Shown: piece after piece, positions 19,812 to 29,250 of the stretch
Layout of the letters: each line of letters begins with the position of its first letter
Numbering within the stretch: the stretch's first letter is position 1
Assembly (NCBI GenBank): GCA_965228855.1
Contig: CBDDIJ010000005.1
Coordinates: 1,152,001-1,216,000, forward strand
Direction: 5' to 3'
Length of the DNA: 64,000 nt
DNA from: Candidatus Obscuribacterales bacterium
GTDB lineage: Bacteria > Cyanobacteriota > Vampirovibrionia > Obscuribacterales > Obscuribacteraceae
The notes under the pieces: generated by a model
The model's input: the letters and a program-made list of their open reading frames with translations, nothing else
Told to the model about the DNA's origin: nothing
The model's database searches: none
Program-made: the position numbers and the translations under genes

Positions 19812-20328
19812 TCTAAAAACCTTCTTTTACTTTAGCCTGAAACGCGCCGCACGCACACTTCGCTTCAAATCTCTCTTCGTCGAGACGAGCACAGTGCGCA
19901 GCTTATAGCCCGTCTGTGAACAATTTGTACCCAAATCGGCAATTGTGCGGGAAGACTACGATCCAGGCGTGAGGTTTTCACGTATGAAGTCGTCATGCCG
20001 GTTTTGATATTGCTCGGTGTGGAACATTTCTCCCAAACTATACCTACCTCGATAGACCGAGAAAAGCATTTCGGAAAAGGCTGCCTGTCCGGAAGTCAGC
20101 TTTTAATCAGTATCTTGAAATATCAAAACTTTGAACATGGTCGGATTCACCTGATGATGTTTCAAAAATTAGAAACAGAAGAAAGTCTCATCGTGCACCA
20201 TGCGTGATACCACCCGGTTTTAAGAACCAATTGCAGCAAAATAATATGTTAATAGAATATGGGCCTGAAAGCTCGCTTCTGATAGGATCAGGTTTTACTG
20301 TATAGGGAATTCGTTTCACCGGAGGAAC

Positions 20329-21189
20329 ATGACCCTGTCAACATCCGCCCTAATCGGCACAGTCCTGTCTGATCGCTACGAAATCACGTCCGAAGTAGGA
20401 CGGGGCATCTTTGGTGTTGTGTTCAAAGGCTGGCATCTGCAGATGGATAAGCCGGTGGCAGTCAAAGTGTTGTTCCAGGCCGTCGAGCCGGAAAACACGG
20501 GCTACCAGAGGTTCAAGCGCGAAGCTCAGTCTGCAAGTTCGTTGCACCATCCGAACATAGTCAAAATCTACGATTACGGCGAGAAAGAGGGGCGCCCATA
20601 CATCGTGATGGACTACATAGAGGGGCGCAACCTCAAGGAAATCTTGAAAGAAGAGACGCGCTTGCCAAGCGAACGAGCAGTGCCAATCTTTATCCAGCTG
20701 GGCTCGGCTCTGTCGCACCTGCACAAAGCCGGTTTTCTGCACCGCGACATCAAGCCGGACAACGTCATTGTCCAGGACACGCCGTACCAGAAGGATTTCA
20801 TTACCCTCGTCGATTTCGGTATCGCAAAACAGATTCAGGAGCCCAGCCACAAAAAACTAACCATGGATGGAACGGTAGTGGGCACACCGGCGTTCATGAG
20901 CCCGGAACAAATTCTCGGTCAGGAGCTCGATCAGCGCAGCGACATCTACGCTTTCGGCGTGTTTATGTACACTGTTGTGACCGGCGTACTGCCGATTCGC
21001 GGCAAAGATTCCGTGGATACGATGAAAAAGCATGTCACTGATGAGCCGCTCGAGTTCTCAAGGGCTTGCCCCGGAGTGCGCATTCCGCTGTCGTTGCAAA
21101 TCGTGCTCCGCAAGACCTTGAAAAAAGTACCGGCAGAGCGACATCAAACAATGGACGAGCTTCTGAAAGAGTTGGAAGCGTGCATTTAA
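20329..21189 (+). CDS. Stand-alone Hanks-type Ser/Thr kinase
   Basis: GRGIFG, VAVK, HRDIKPDN, DFG, GTPAFMSPE; GGAGG SD. Confidence 0.95.
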   Translation: MTLSTSALIGTVLSDRYEITSEVGRGIFGVVFKGWHLQMDKPVAVKVLFQAVEPENTGYQRFKREAQSASSLHHPNIVKIYDYGEKEGRPYIVMDYIEGRNLKEILKEETRLPSERAVPIFIQLGSALSHLHKAGFLHRDIKPDNVIVQDTPYQKDFITLVDFGIAKQIQEPSHKKLTMDGTVVGTPAFMSPEQILGQELDQRSDIYAFGVFMYTVVTGVLPIRGKDSVDTMKKHVTDEPLEFSRACPGVRIPLSLQIVLRKTLKKVPAERHQTMDELLKELEACI

Positions 21190-21255
21190 GGAAAGACGCA
21201 CAGCTTACGGCTCTGACGCACTCCAAACGATAGAACGTACTAACAGGTCTCTCGG

Positions 21256-22167
21256 ATGCTCAGAAACATCATCGTCATAGTGACACTACTACTGGTAGCA
21301 CTTCTTCCTTTCGTGACGAAGGAGCACAGTGCGGAAACTCCAGCCGGGATCCGCATTGTACGCAACTTGCCGTACGTTGACGGTTCTGACAATCCTCGCC
21401 AACAGCTCGACCTCTATTTACCTAGAATCAAAATGGCGGAGAAACTTCCACTCGTTGTCTGGATTCATGGAGGAGCCTGGAAACTGGGAGACAAACGAGA
21501 GTCCCCATGTATGGAACTCGCAAACCACGGTTTTGCAGCAGCAGCTATAAACTATAGATTCAGCACGACGGACCATTACCCTGCACAAATTTACGACTGC
21601 AAAGCCGCTATCCGATGGCTGCGCGCTCACGCCGACGAGTACATGTACGATCCGAATCGCATCGGAGTTTGGGGTGCATCGGCCGGAGGGCATCTAGTTT
21701 CAATGCTCGGCACCACTGGCGGTGACAAAGCGTTCGAAGGTAACCTTGGAAATCCAACGCAGTCCACCGTAGTCCAGGCGGTATCCGACTGGTGCGGACC
21801 AACTGATTTGACGACGTTCAATCAGCAGGTGATGCAGCCAAGGTTTCGGCAGGCGGAGCCAGAGCGCTTCATCAATGAACTACTGGGCGGGACACCGGAA
21901 GAGCTGCCGAAGTTGGCTCATGAAGCCAGTCCGATCTTCTATGTTTCAAAGGACGACCCTCCGTTTCAAGTTGTCCATTCTATAGAAGATCCGGTTGTCC
22001 CTTTTGAACAGAGCAATGATTTTGTGAAGAAGCTGGAATCTGACGGCGTGAAAGTCGAGTTCATAAAGGTAAACAGCAACAATCATATGCCAATGACCGA
22101 GGGCAATTTGAACGCAGTGTATGAGTTCTTCAAGGATAAATTAAAGGCAACCGGAGTTTCGAACTGA
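21256..22167 (+). CDS. Secreted alpha/beta hydrolase (esterase/lipase)
   Basis: N-terminal hydrophobic segment; HGGAW, GASAGG, DPVVP. Confidence 0.9.
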   Translation: MLRNIIVIVTLLLVALLPFVTKEHSAETPAGIRIVRNLPYVDGSDNPRQQLDLYLPRIKMAEKLPLVVWIHGGAWKLGDKRESPCMELANHGFAAAAINYRFSTTDHYPAQIYDCKAAIRWLRAHADEYMYDPNRIGVWGASAGGHLVSMLGTTGGDKAFEGNLGNPTQSTVVQAVSDWCGPTDLTTFNQQVMQPRFRQAEPERFINELLGGTPEELPKLAHEASPIFYVSKDDPPFQVVHSIEDPVVPFEQSNDFVKKLESDGVKVEFIKVNSNNHMPMTEGNLNAVYEFFKDKLKATGVSN

Positions 22168-22514
22168 AATCTGACTCGCGCCACCACAAACAGTGGCACT
22201 AAGTCACTTCAGGAAATACGCCAATCTGCTATGGTTGTAGAATGCGCATACAAACACCCTACCCGCTCGCATTGATTCTATTGAAGTGGCTTGCCGCACC
22301 TGCATTAATTATGACTACGACGATTTTCGCAATGATTTGGAGCGGTCGAATCACTACCGAAACTGGGCCGCCAGCGCCCTCACTTGAAACGAGAAAGCAT
22401 GGCTCTTAGCCGGTTGACATGCTGAGAGGCACAAAGTTTCTTGCTGAAAGCGGACAAAACTGCAGAAAATAAAGTTGTATAGTAAACGTGTTAGTTTCAT
22501 TGGCAGGTACACTC

Positions 22515-22943
22515 ATGAAGTCAAGATTTTTGTTATCGCTCCTCCTCGGCTCGACGCTGCTTTTGACGTCGGCAGAGTTTGCCAATGCAAAAGAGTGGAC
22601 AATTAATGAGCGTCAGGATCAGCTCATGAAAGACATTAACGAAGCTCAAAAGAAAAATGACCTCACGGATAAAGAAGCCAAGAAACTTCGAGCACACCTC
22701 GCCGACGTGGCCCGCAAAGAAGTAAAGATGCGCGGCAAGATATCATCGGGCAAACTTTCGGAGGCGGACAAAGCCACCCTGGAGTCCGCCCTGAATAGTG
22801 TCAGTGTCGACATCAAAAAGTTGGCTCTCGAAAAACGAGTCGATTTTGCCAAGGACAAAGCCAAGAGCGCAGCTGAAGCTAAGAAGAAGGCGGAAAAGGC
22901 GGCCGACGCCAAACAAAAGGCCGCGGAGAAGGCGACCAAGTAG
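22515..22943 (+). CDS. Secreted helical hypothetical protein with K/A-rich tail
   Basis: Signal peptide MKSRFLLSLLLG...ANA; INERQ...LTDKEAKKLR module. Confidence 0.7.
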   Translation: MKSRFLLSLLLGSTLLLTSAEFANAKEWTINERQDQLMKDINEAQKKNDLTDKEAKKLRAHLADVARKEVKMRGKISSGKLSEADKATLESALNSVSVDIKKLALEKRVDFAKDKAKSAAEAKKKAEKAADAKQKAAEKATK

Positions 22944-23017
22944 GCGCAGAATTATCGGTTTGGAAACGGTTGGGCCAATGGCTCAGCCGTTTTTGTCTAA
23001 GCCTTCACTCTTCTCAC

Positions 23018-23043
23018 TTCCTAAACCGATATCGGTTTAGAAA
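23018..23043. repeat. Palindromic repeat copy (core 23024-23037)
   Basis: TTCCTA-AACCGATATCGGTT-TAGAAA between convergent genes; perfect 20-bp palindrome at 23021-23040. Confidence 0.9.
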
Positions 23044-23065
23044 TACGGAAAAGATAGAAAGAAAA

Positions 23066-23094
23066 AACTCCAACCGTTTCGCGCGGTTGGAGTT
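23066..23094 (-). terminator. Intrinsic terminator
   Basis: 11-bp stem AACTCCAACCG/CGGTTGGAGTT with T-rich tail on the minus strand, downstream of stop 23123. Confidence 0.75.
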
Positions 23095-23122
23095 CGTCAT
23101 GTTTGCGAGGATTTGCTCAGGT

Positions 23123-24115
23123 TTAAGGGTGACCGGTAACGCCTGGCTTTCGAGCGTTTAACTGGTTGTTGATCCAAACTTTGATCAAGTCTTCCAGCTG
23201 TTCCGTCAGTTGGTTTTCTTCCAGAAGCAGGTGTTCACCGTCGCCGACAACCATTAGCAGTTTGTCATCACAAGAGATGTTATTGAAGAGCTCGATCGTT
23301 CCTTCAGGCTTTACTAATCGATCCTTGAAGCCCGCGAGCATTAAGACAGGAGTGCGTTGAATGAGCGCGGCCGCGTCGTTATTACCTTTCATGAAATCCT
23401 CGAATTGCTTTAATTCTTTCGGGGATATTTTCATCCTGTTGTGTTCTTCGGCTTTCCACTTGCTACGAAGCGACCGATTCGCTGTGGCTCTCGAGACAAC
23501 CTCTTCAGAGATGTCGATTGGTTTGTCCTTGTTGGCCACCCACTTGGCACCTATTATGATTTCGCTGGACGCTTTGCCGTATCTATCGCTAGAAGGTACC
23601 GAACTGATCAGACCATCGACGAGATCCGGATAGCGGGAAGTCGCAGCCAGGGCAATAGCTCCGCCCATTGACTCACCGGCAAGGAATATGCGCGTTCCGG
23701 GATAACTCTTGCGAAGAGTCTTAAGCGCTGCTTCAACATCAGTCAAGCAGGCTTCGAAGTCGCACAACTCTTGCCCTTTTCGATTCATCCAGGCACCGAA
23801 ACCTCGCACATCAAGCGCGTAAACGGCTGCGCCGTTCGCCGCCATTTGACGACCAAACTCTGTGAACGATTCGCTGCTAAAGCCAAGACCGTGAACGCAG
23901 AGTATTACTTCGCGCGGTTTATCGACAGGAATCCAGGCGCGGTAGGGAACCTTAATGTTTTTGCTCCAGATCGGACGCATCCCTTTTGCAGCAGGTTTAG
24001 CAGCAATGAGATTATTGTCGGACCTGTTAGCAGCGCCAGGTCTGGCAAAAGCCGGCAGCATAATGGTTAGCGACAGGGACAAAGTGACTAAATAAGCGAG
24101 TTTCTTGGATAGCAT
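23123..24115 (-). CDS. Alpha/beta hydrolase, lysophospholipase/S33-like, with signal peptide
   Basis: CVHGLG, DVRGFG, GESMGG, DRLV, GEH; likely start MLSKK. Confidence 0.85.
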   Translation of the reverse strand: MLSKKLAYLVTLSLSLTIMLPAFARPGAANRSDNNLIAAKPAAKGMRPIWSKNIKVPYRAWIPVDKPREVILCVHGLGFSSESFTEFGRQMAANGAAVYALDVRGFGAWMNRKGQELCDFEACLTDVEAALKTLRKSYPGTRIFLAGESMGGAIALAATSRYPDLVDGLISSVPSSDRYGKASSEIIIGAKWVANKDKPIDISEEVVSRATANRSLRSKWKAEEHNRMKISPKELKQFEDFMKGNNDAAALIQRTPVLMLAGFKDRLVKPEGTIELFNNISCDDKLLMVVGDGEHLLLEENQLTEQLEDLIKVWINNQLNARKPGVTGHP

Positions 24116-24339
24116 TGACATCTCCGCTTCGACTGGGGGCCGAATTATGCCTGTTTCAATCGAGGAATGCAAAGCCTGATAACCGACTTCTCGTGCTCAA
24201 TTGACAACATAATCCGGCAGGGGTGGGAATGGGTAGAGATCTTCATATAGCACGAAGCCATAAGGGGAGCAGTTGAGCCAAGTTGAAATGAGAGAAACAA
24301 CTTCAGAAGCGAGTTGATTGTAAATCGATGCTGTGGCTT

Positions 24340-24876
24340 TTATTCAAATTCGTCAAGCATGTCACTTGCGCGCGGAACTCCATGAGCAGCCGCTTTCCGA
24401 AACCATTCTTTGGCGCGCGTATCATCTCTATCAGTTCCGCGACCGGCTGCTAAAAGAGTGCCGACATCATACATCGCTCTTGCTGAACCCTTCTCGGCCG
24501 CTTTGAGAAACCAGCTGAATGCTGTCTGATCTGACTGCTCCACGCCCTTGCCCTGAAGATAGAGGAGCCCAAGATTGAATTGCGCATCGATGTCGCCCTG
24601 CTCCGCAGCCTTCTCAAACCAATCCTTAGCGACGATATAGCTCTGCTCTACCCCTGCGCCACGAAGATACATATCCGCGAGATTGTATTGCGCCGCCGAC
24701 AAGCCCTGATTGGCCGCCATCTCATACCAGTGCACAGCCTGGGTCGTACTTTTGACGACACCGCTTCCCTTGATGTGCAGGAATGCCAGTCGAAATTGAG
24801 CGCGCGCATCACCGCTTTCTGCGAGCTTTATGAGTTGCTTGAGATCTTTTCCTTCCATGCCACAATTATCCACCAT
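24340..24876 (-). CDS. Sel1-like repeat protein
   Basis: AQFRLA/AQYNLA/AQFNLG...WFEKAAEQG repeats; start at 24876 or 24858. Confidence 0.9.
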   Translation of the reverse strand: MVDNCGMEGKDLKQLIKLAESGDARAQFRLAFLHIKGSGVVKSTTQAVHWYEMAANQGLSAAQYNLADMYLRGAGVEQSYIVAKDWFEKAAEQGDIDAQFNLGLLYLQGKGVEQSDQTAFSWFLKAAEKGSARAMYDVGTLLAAGRGTDRDDTRAKEWFRKAAAHGVPRASDMLDEFE

Positions 24877-25042
24877 CTCATATTGCACGCGAACGAATGA
24901 CGCTGCATGAATTATGCACAGCCCCGCACAATTGCACTTTCCGATGCAATTGCGCAAGATGTAGCATGCCACCGGGAAACTTCGCGAGTATACTGAAAAT
25001 AGGTCAGGCGGCAGGCACCCCCCAGGTATTTCCGGAGTTCTC

Positions 25043-26449
25043 ATGGCTGATTTTGACGCGCCAGGCGAGTTCGTTTCACGAGCTGACTTGTGCCAGGGTA
25101 TCGGCGATTTCGTAGGCGCAGACAAATTTATGGTTCGCGCTCTCGAACTGCAACTCGATTCAGCACCGCAAGACGCGCAAATGCTGCGCTTTCTCACCGC
25201 CAGAAAAGTGGAGATTAATCTCCTTGCCGGCAACTTCGCAAAAGCCGATGAATGCTGGAAAAATCTGCTGAAACTTCAAAGAGGAAAACTCAAGTCAAAC
25301 GACAGAGATGTCGCAGCAACTCTCGTTGAAATGGGAATTTTCTATCGCGGTGAGGGAAAGTGGCGGCAAGCGCTGCTTCGATTCGACCAGGCGCTCGCAC
25401 TACAACAGGACGAATTCAGCACGAATAATCACGACTATGTCGTCACTCTAGCTGAGAAAGCACATTTGTTCGGACTGCAGGGCAATCAAAAGAAAGCGCA
25501 AAATCTCATAGATCAGGCTCTCCAGTTAGCGGAGCAAGGAACAAACAAGTGGCATGAATGTGTAGCGCTCGTCTTGCGCCGCAAGGCAAAAAGCTTGCGC
25601 GAGTGGAGAAATCCGGAGATTCTCGAGTCTTATCTGGAGCGCGCCATTGCCATTCTCTCTGAAGAAAACAAAATGCCCCACCCTGAGATTCGACTCTGCC
25701 TGAGCGAGCTGGCGGATCTTGGTCTATCTCGTGGTCTGCATCGCCGAGCCGAAAGGCTCTATGTGCGGAGCTTACAACTAACTGAACCATTCATGGGCAG
25801 CAAACACCCCGACTCTATAGTTCTACTTGAGAAACTTGCTCGCCTGCGCCGGGCTCTTGGCCGATATGGCGAGGCTGAAGCACACTATCGAAAGCTTTTG
25901 GCAATTCATCAACAGACTCGAGGATCTACCGCACCGGAAGTCGTGCACGCCATGTTCAGCCTCGGTTCGCTGCTTAGAGAAAGCAGAGAATTCGATCAAG
26001 CCTCAACGTTACTCATGCAAGCACTCGAGATGCAGGAAAGCCTACTGGGCCCGGATCACGAAAAGGTGGCGATGATTCTGTTCGAACTCGGCTGCCTGCA
26101 CGGCTCAACAGAGGATTTTGGAATCGCCGAATCGGAGTTTCGCCGAGCCCTGGCAATCCAGGAGAAGAATGAGGCTTGCGCACCATCGGTAGTGGCGGAT
26201 ACGCTTTCCGGTCTAGGAATGCTTTATTTTGCAAGACGAGAGTATGAGACAGCCGAGACCCTATTAACTCAATCACTACTGATCAAAGAGAAAGAATTCG
26301 GTCCCCGCCACGCCCGACTGGGCGACCCGCTTTTAAAACTTGCGCGTGTTTCCGATGCCCTAGGCAAACACGAACAGGCAAATGACCTGCATGAACGGGC
26401 GGACGACCTGGACCAAGAACCCAGCCAGCTCAACGACTTCTGGTTCTAA
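25043..26449 (+). CDS. TPR protein (kinesin-light-chain-like ~42-aa repeats)
   Basis: LGPDHEKVA, MGSKHPDSI, FGPRHARLG repeats. Confidence 0.85.
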   Translation: MADFDAPGEFVSRADLCQGIGDFVGADKFMVRALELQLDSAPQDAQMLRFLTARKVEINLLAGNFAKADECWKNLLKLQRGKLKSNDRDVAATLVEMGIFYRGEGKWRQALLRFDQALALQQDEFSTNNHDYVVTLAEKAHLFGLQGNQKKAQNLIDQALQLAEQGTNKWHECVALVLRRKAKSLREWRNPEILESYLERAIAILSEENKMPHPEIRLCLSELADLGLSRGLHRRAERLYVRSLQLTEPFMGSKHPDSIVLLEKLARLRRALGRYGEAEAHYRKLLAIHQQTRGSTAPEVVHAMFSLGSLLRESREFDQASTLLMQALEMQESLLGPDHEKVAMILFELGCLHGSTEDFGIAESEFRRALAIQEKNEACAPSVVADTLSGLGMLYFARREYETAETLLTQSLLIKEKEFGPRHARLGDPLLKLARVSDALGKHEQANDLHERADDLDQEPSQLNDFWF

Positions 26450-26490
26450 CCATATTGCGACCGAAACGATCGCTGCCATCGTCTGCATCG

Positions 26491-26516
26491 TTCTTCAACC
26501 GATATCGGTTCAGAAA
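26491..26516. repeat. Palindromic repeat copy (core 26497-26510)
   Basis: TTCTTC-AACCGATATCGGTT-CAGAAA, about 40 bp after stop 26449. Confidence 0.9.
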
Positions 26517-26734
26517 AAGAAGTGAGAACGAGAAGCGTTCGTTTTAAACTCGAAAGAGCGGCACGAGAAAAAACGCAGCTATATAGAAATGAATTTCTCG
26601 CTCCCCCACTTGTCAAACAAGGCGACTAACTGAAGCCTAACAAAATGTCTGTGAATTTTTATACCTTCTTTACGCCGGTCGCGACGATGATGTTGGCATG
26701 TCGAACGCGACGCACTTAGTAGGAGGTCAGCACA

Positions 26735-27160
26735 ATGAACATTCGAACCAACAAGGCTGCGCTCACCAGTTTGACTCTCGCCTTCGGAGCCGTTCTCATC
26801 TATGGACTTCCGGCACAAGCCCGTTTTGACTACGACAACTGGCAGCCAGTCAAAGGACAAATTCACAAACAAGAAAACCGGCTGGAGAAATCACTCAACT
26901 CGGCATACGACAAAGGCATGATCGACTCGCTTGAGCTAGCACAACTTCGACGTGATCTCGACGGAATTAAAGCTCAAGAAGATGAATATCGTATGGACCA
27001 CAACGGTCTGGGAGCGAATGATGTGAAATCACTCAAAGCAAAACTGAACCATTTTCAGCAAGATCTGAACCGCGAAGAGGCCGACAAATATGCGCCTCCG
27101 GTGCAGGCTGCCAATCACAAACAACGCCCTGAGAAAGTATGCGTAGTAATCATCGACTAA
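26735..27160 (+). CDS. Secreted helical hypothetical protein
   Basis: AGGAGG SD; signal peptide ending PAQA; resembles 22515..22943. Confidence 0.75.
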   Translation: MNIRTNKAALTSLTLAFGAVLIYGLPAQARFDYDNWQPVKGQIHKQENRLEKSLNSAYDKGMIDSLELAQLRRDLDGIKAQEDEYRMDHNGLGANDVKSLKAKLNHFQQDLNREEADKYAPPVQAANHKQRPEKVCVVIID

Positions 27161-27293
27161 ATTTTTCAAGAGAAACACCCGACGCACACTGCAAACCCAT
27201 CCAAAGGTCCCGCGGCCCACGCGGTGAGGAGGTGAGCCACACTCTCAACAATCCCCAAGTTTGAATGCGAATCTCGGCAAAGACAGAAGAAGA

Positions 27294-27330
27294 GCTCCGA
27301 CCTGATCAGTCGGAGCCCTCTTCCGTTTTC
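27294..27330 (+). terminator. Probable terminator hairpin
   Basis: GCTCCGAC/GTCGGAGC stem, extendable with bulges, followed by a pyrimidine-rich tract. Confidence 0.5.
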
Positions 27331-27337
27331 AGCCCCA

Positions 27338-27482
27338 TTCCTGAACCGATATCGGTTTACGAACAGAACAGAACGGTGTTTTCTAAACCGATATCGGTTT
27401 AAAAACAGGAATCGTTATTCGTGAACCGATATCGGTTCACGAAATGGAAAAGCAACTGCATCAACCGATATCGGTTTAGAAA
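27338..27482. repeat. Tandem array of four palindromic repeats
   Basis: Cores at 27344, 27386, 27424 and 27463 (periods 42, 38, 39 bp); copy 3 is a perfect 26-bp palindrome at 27418-27443. Confidence 0.92.
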
Positions 27483-27729
27483 TTAGGCTAAAAGGAGCCG
27501 CAAGCTTGGTGTGTGAAATTAAGAGCCATGGTTCATCATGACAAACGTTGTACCGCCCTGATGAGAAGGACACGGGTCAAGCGGATCGATCTGGATACTT
27601 AGTGGATATCACCCGAAAAGCCGATTGTTACGAGCTTTGATAAAAATTGATCGCAAACGCCCCATGCTCTGTTGAAAATCGCGTAAGCTTTAGGCGTGTC
27701 GAATCCCCCGAATTCGGTTGGATCCTGAT

Positions 27730-29220
27730 ATGTGTGGCATCATAGCAATCTCCGGTACCGTTGGCTCCGCCTACGAAGTATTCTTCGGCCTAATGAACCT
27801 GCAACATCGTGGGCAAGACGGCGCGGGCATCTTGACGGTCGACGGAAAGGATCCACCGGGCTTCCATCTACAAAAGGGAAGCGGATTAATCGACAACGTC
27901 TTTTCCGAAAGGTCGTTTAAAACGCTAAAAGGTCGAGCGGCACTGGGGCATTCGCGTTACGCAACTGTCGGACGCAACGATCCGAACCTGCTGCAACCGT
28001 TTCTAGATTCTGAAAGCGGAATCGGGCTTGGACACAACGGCAACATTGTCAACTTCTATCAGTTGCGCGAAAAATGGCTGAACACCGAAGATTCGCGAAA
28101 CCGCCAGATCAATTCCGATTCGCAAATGATTCTGCGCTTACTCGCCGACCATCTAAAGGATGGCGAGGGCAAAAAGACTTTATCTGCCAGCGAAGAGCTT
28201 GTCCTCAACGCGGATACCATGTTCTCCGCCATTGGGAAACTGATGGATGATCTCATCGGCAGCTACTCGGTCGCTGGTTTAACGAAGAATGGCGACCTGT
28301 TTGGCTTCCGAGATCCGCATGGCATCAGACCGTTGGCAATGGGCAAGAAGAAAACCGAAGAAGGCGAGACCGTATACGCGCTCGCCAGCGAAAGCGTTGC
28401 CTTGCGCTTCCTGGGCTTCAATGAAATCGAGGAGCTTGGAACCGGAGAGGGAGTTTTCATCTCTCACGACGGAAAAGTCGAGCGCAAAGTCATCAAAGAA
28501 GAATCGACCTCACCTTGCATGTTCGAATGGGTCTATTTCGCCCGCGTTGAATCTGAATTCGCTGGTCAATCCGTTTACAAAGCGCGCTTCCGCCTGGGTC
28601 TGCTTCTTGCCGAACAACTCAAAGCCCAAGGTATCGAAGCAGATGTCGTGGTCCCAGTTCCAGAAACAAGCCGTGCATCCGCCATCGCTATCTCGGAAGC
28701 GATGGGGATTCCATTTAGAGAATTACTGATTAAAAACCGATACGTAAATCGAACCTTCATTCTCGACGACCAACAAACGAGACAGGAAGCCATTCGAAGA
28801 AAACTTTTTCCGATTATCGACGAATTCCAAGGGCAGAGATGTTTGATCGTCGACGACTCGATCGTCCGCGGAAACACAGCCCAGCAACTTGTCCGCCTGG
28901 TGCGCCAATCCGGTGCTAAAGAAATCACATTGGTCTCTACCTGTCCGCCAATCAGCCACCCTTGTTACTACGGAATCGACTTCCCAAGCGCCAGCGAGCT
29001 GGTCGCGTACAATCGCAACGACGAGCAAATTGCCAAAGAACTGGGCGCGGACAAAGTAGTGTTCCAGTCGATTGATGGCTTAAAAGAGGCACTAGGTCAA
29101 AAAAACCTCTGCACGGGCTGCTTGACGGGAGAATATCCGACTAGTGTCGCCGACGGTGGCGCCTTCGAGGAGCAGCGCCTTCTCGACAGACGCGACAAGG
29201 TCAAGGAACCAAGCTGTTAA
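27730..29220 (+). CDS. purF: Amidophosphoribosyltransferase
   Basis: MCGI start without propeptide, LQHRGQD, HNGN, FEWVYFAR, VDDSIVRG. Confidence 0.97.
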   Translation: MCGIIAISGTVGSAYEVFFGLMNLQHRGQDGAGILTVDGKDPPGFHLQKGSGLIDNVFSERSFKTLKGRAALGHSRYATVGRNDPNLLQPFLDSESGIGLGHNGNIVNFYQLREKWLNTEDSRNRQINSDSQMILRLLADHLKDGEGKKTLSASEELVLNADTMFSAIGKLMDDLIGSYSVAGLTKNGDLFGFRDPHGIRPLAMGKKKTEEGETVYALASESVALRFLGFNEIEELGTGEGVFISHDGKVERKVIKEESTSPCMFEWVYFARVESEFAGQSVYKARFRLGLLLAEQLKAQGIEADVVVPVPETSRASAIAISEAMGIPFRELLIKNRYVNRTFILDDQQTRQEAIRRKLFPIIDEFQGQRCLIVDDSIVRGNTAQQLVRLVRQSGAKEITLVSTCPPISHPCYYGIDFPSASELVAYNRNDEQIAKELGADKVVFQSIDGLKEALGQKNLCTGCLTGEYPTSVADGGAFEEQRLLDRRDKVKEPSC

Positions 29221-29250
29221 CCCGCCAGCGAAAGAAATCGAGGAAGGACT

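Noticed and set aside
19995..20207. 70-aa ORF in an intergenic region
   Set aside because: No SD or motif; probably promoter DNA between divergent genes.
22951..22966. Half-copy of the palindrome (TATCGGTTTGGAAA)
   Set aside because: Left arm missing; not counted among the 8 copies, though it may be a decayed unit.
24877..25233. N-terminal extension of the Sel1 ORF
   Set aside because: Overlaps the opposite-strand TPR gene; Sel1 repeats start only after about 24860.
27338..27482. CRISPR or TIGR-type array
   Set aside because: Spacers 12-16 bp and uneven; the same unit is scattered singly and within a CDS; no cas or Nop-domain gene in the window.
27550..27645. Hammerhead-like CTGATGAG...CGAAA
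   Set aside because: Stem II does not pair next to the core and no stem I partner exists.
27170..27729. Purine-related riboswitch (ZTP, PRPP, guanine) or PurR box before purF
   Set aside because: No consensus recognised by eye; an Rfam scan would be needed to exclude it.
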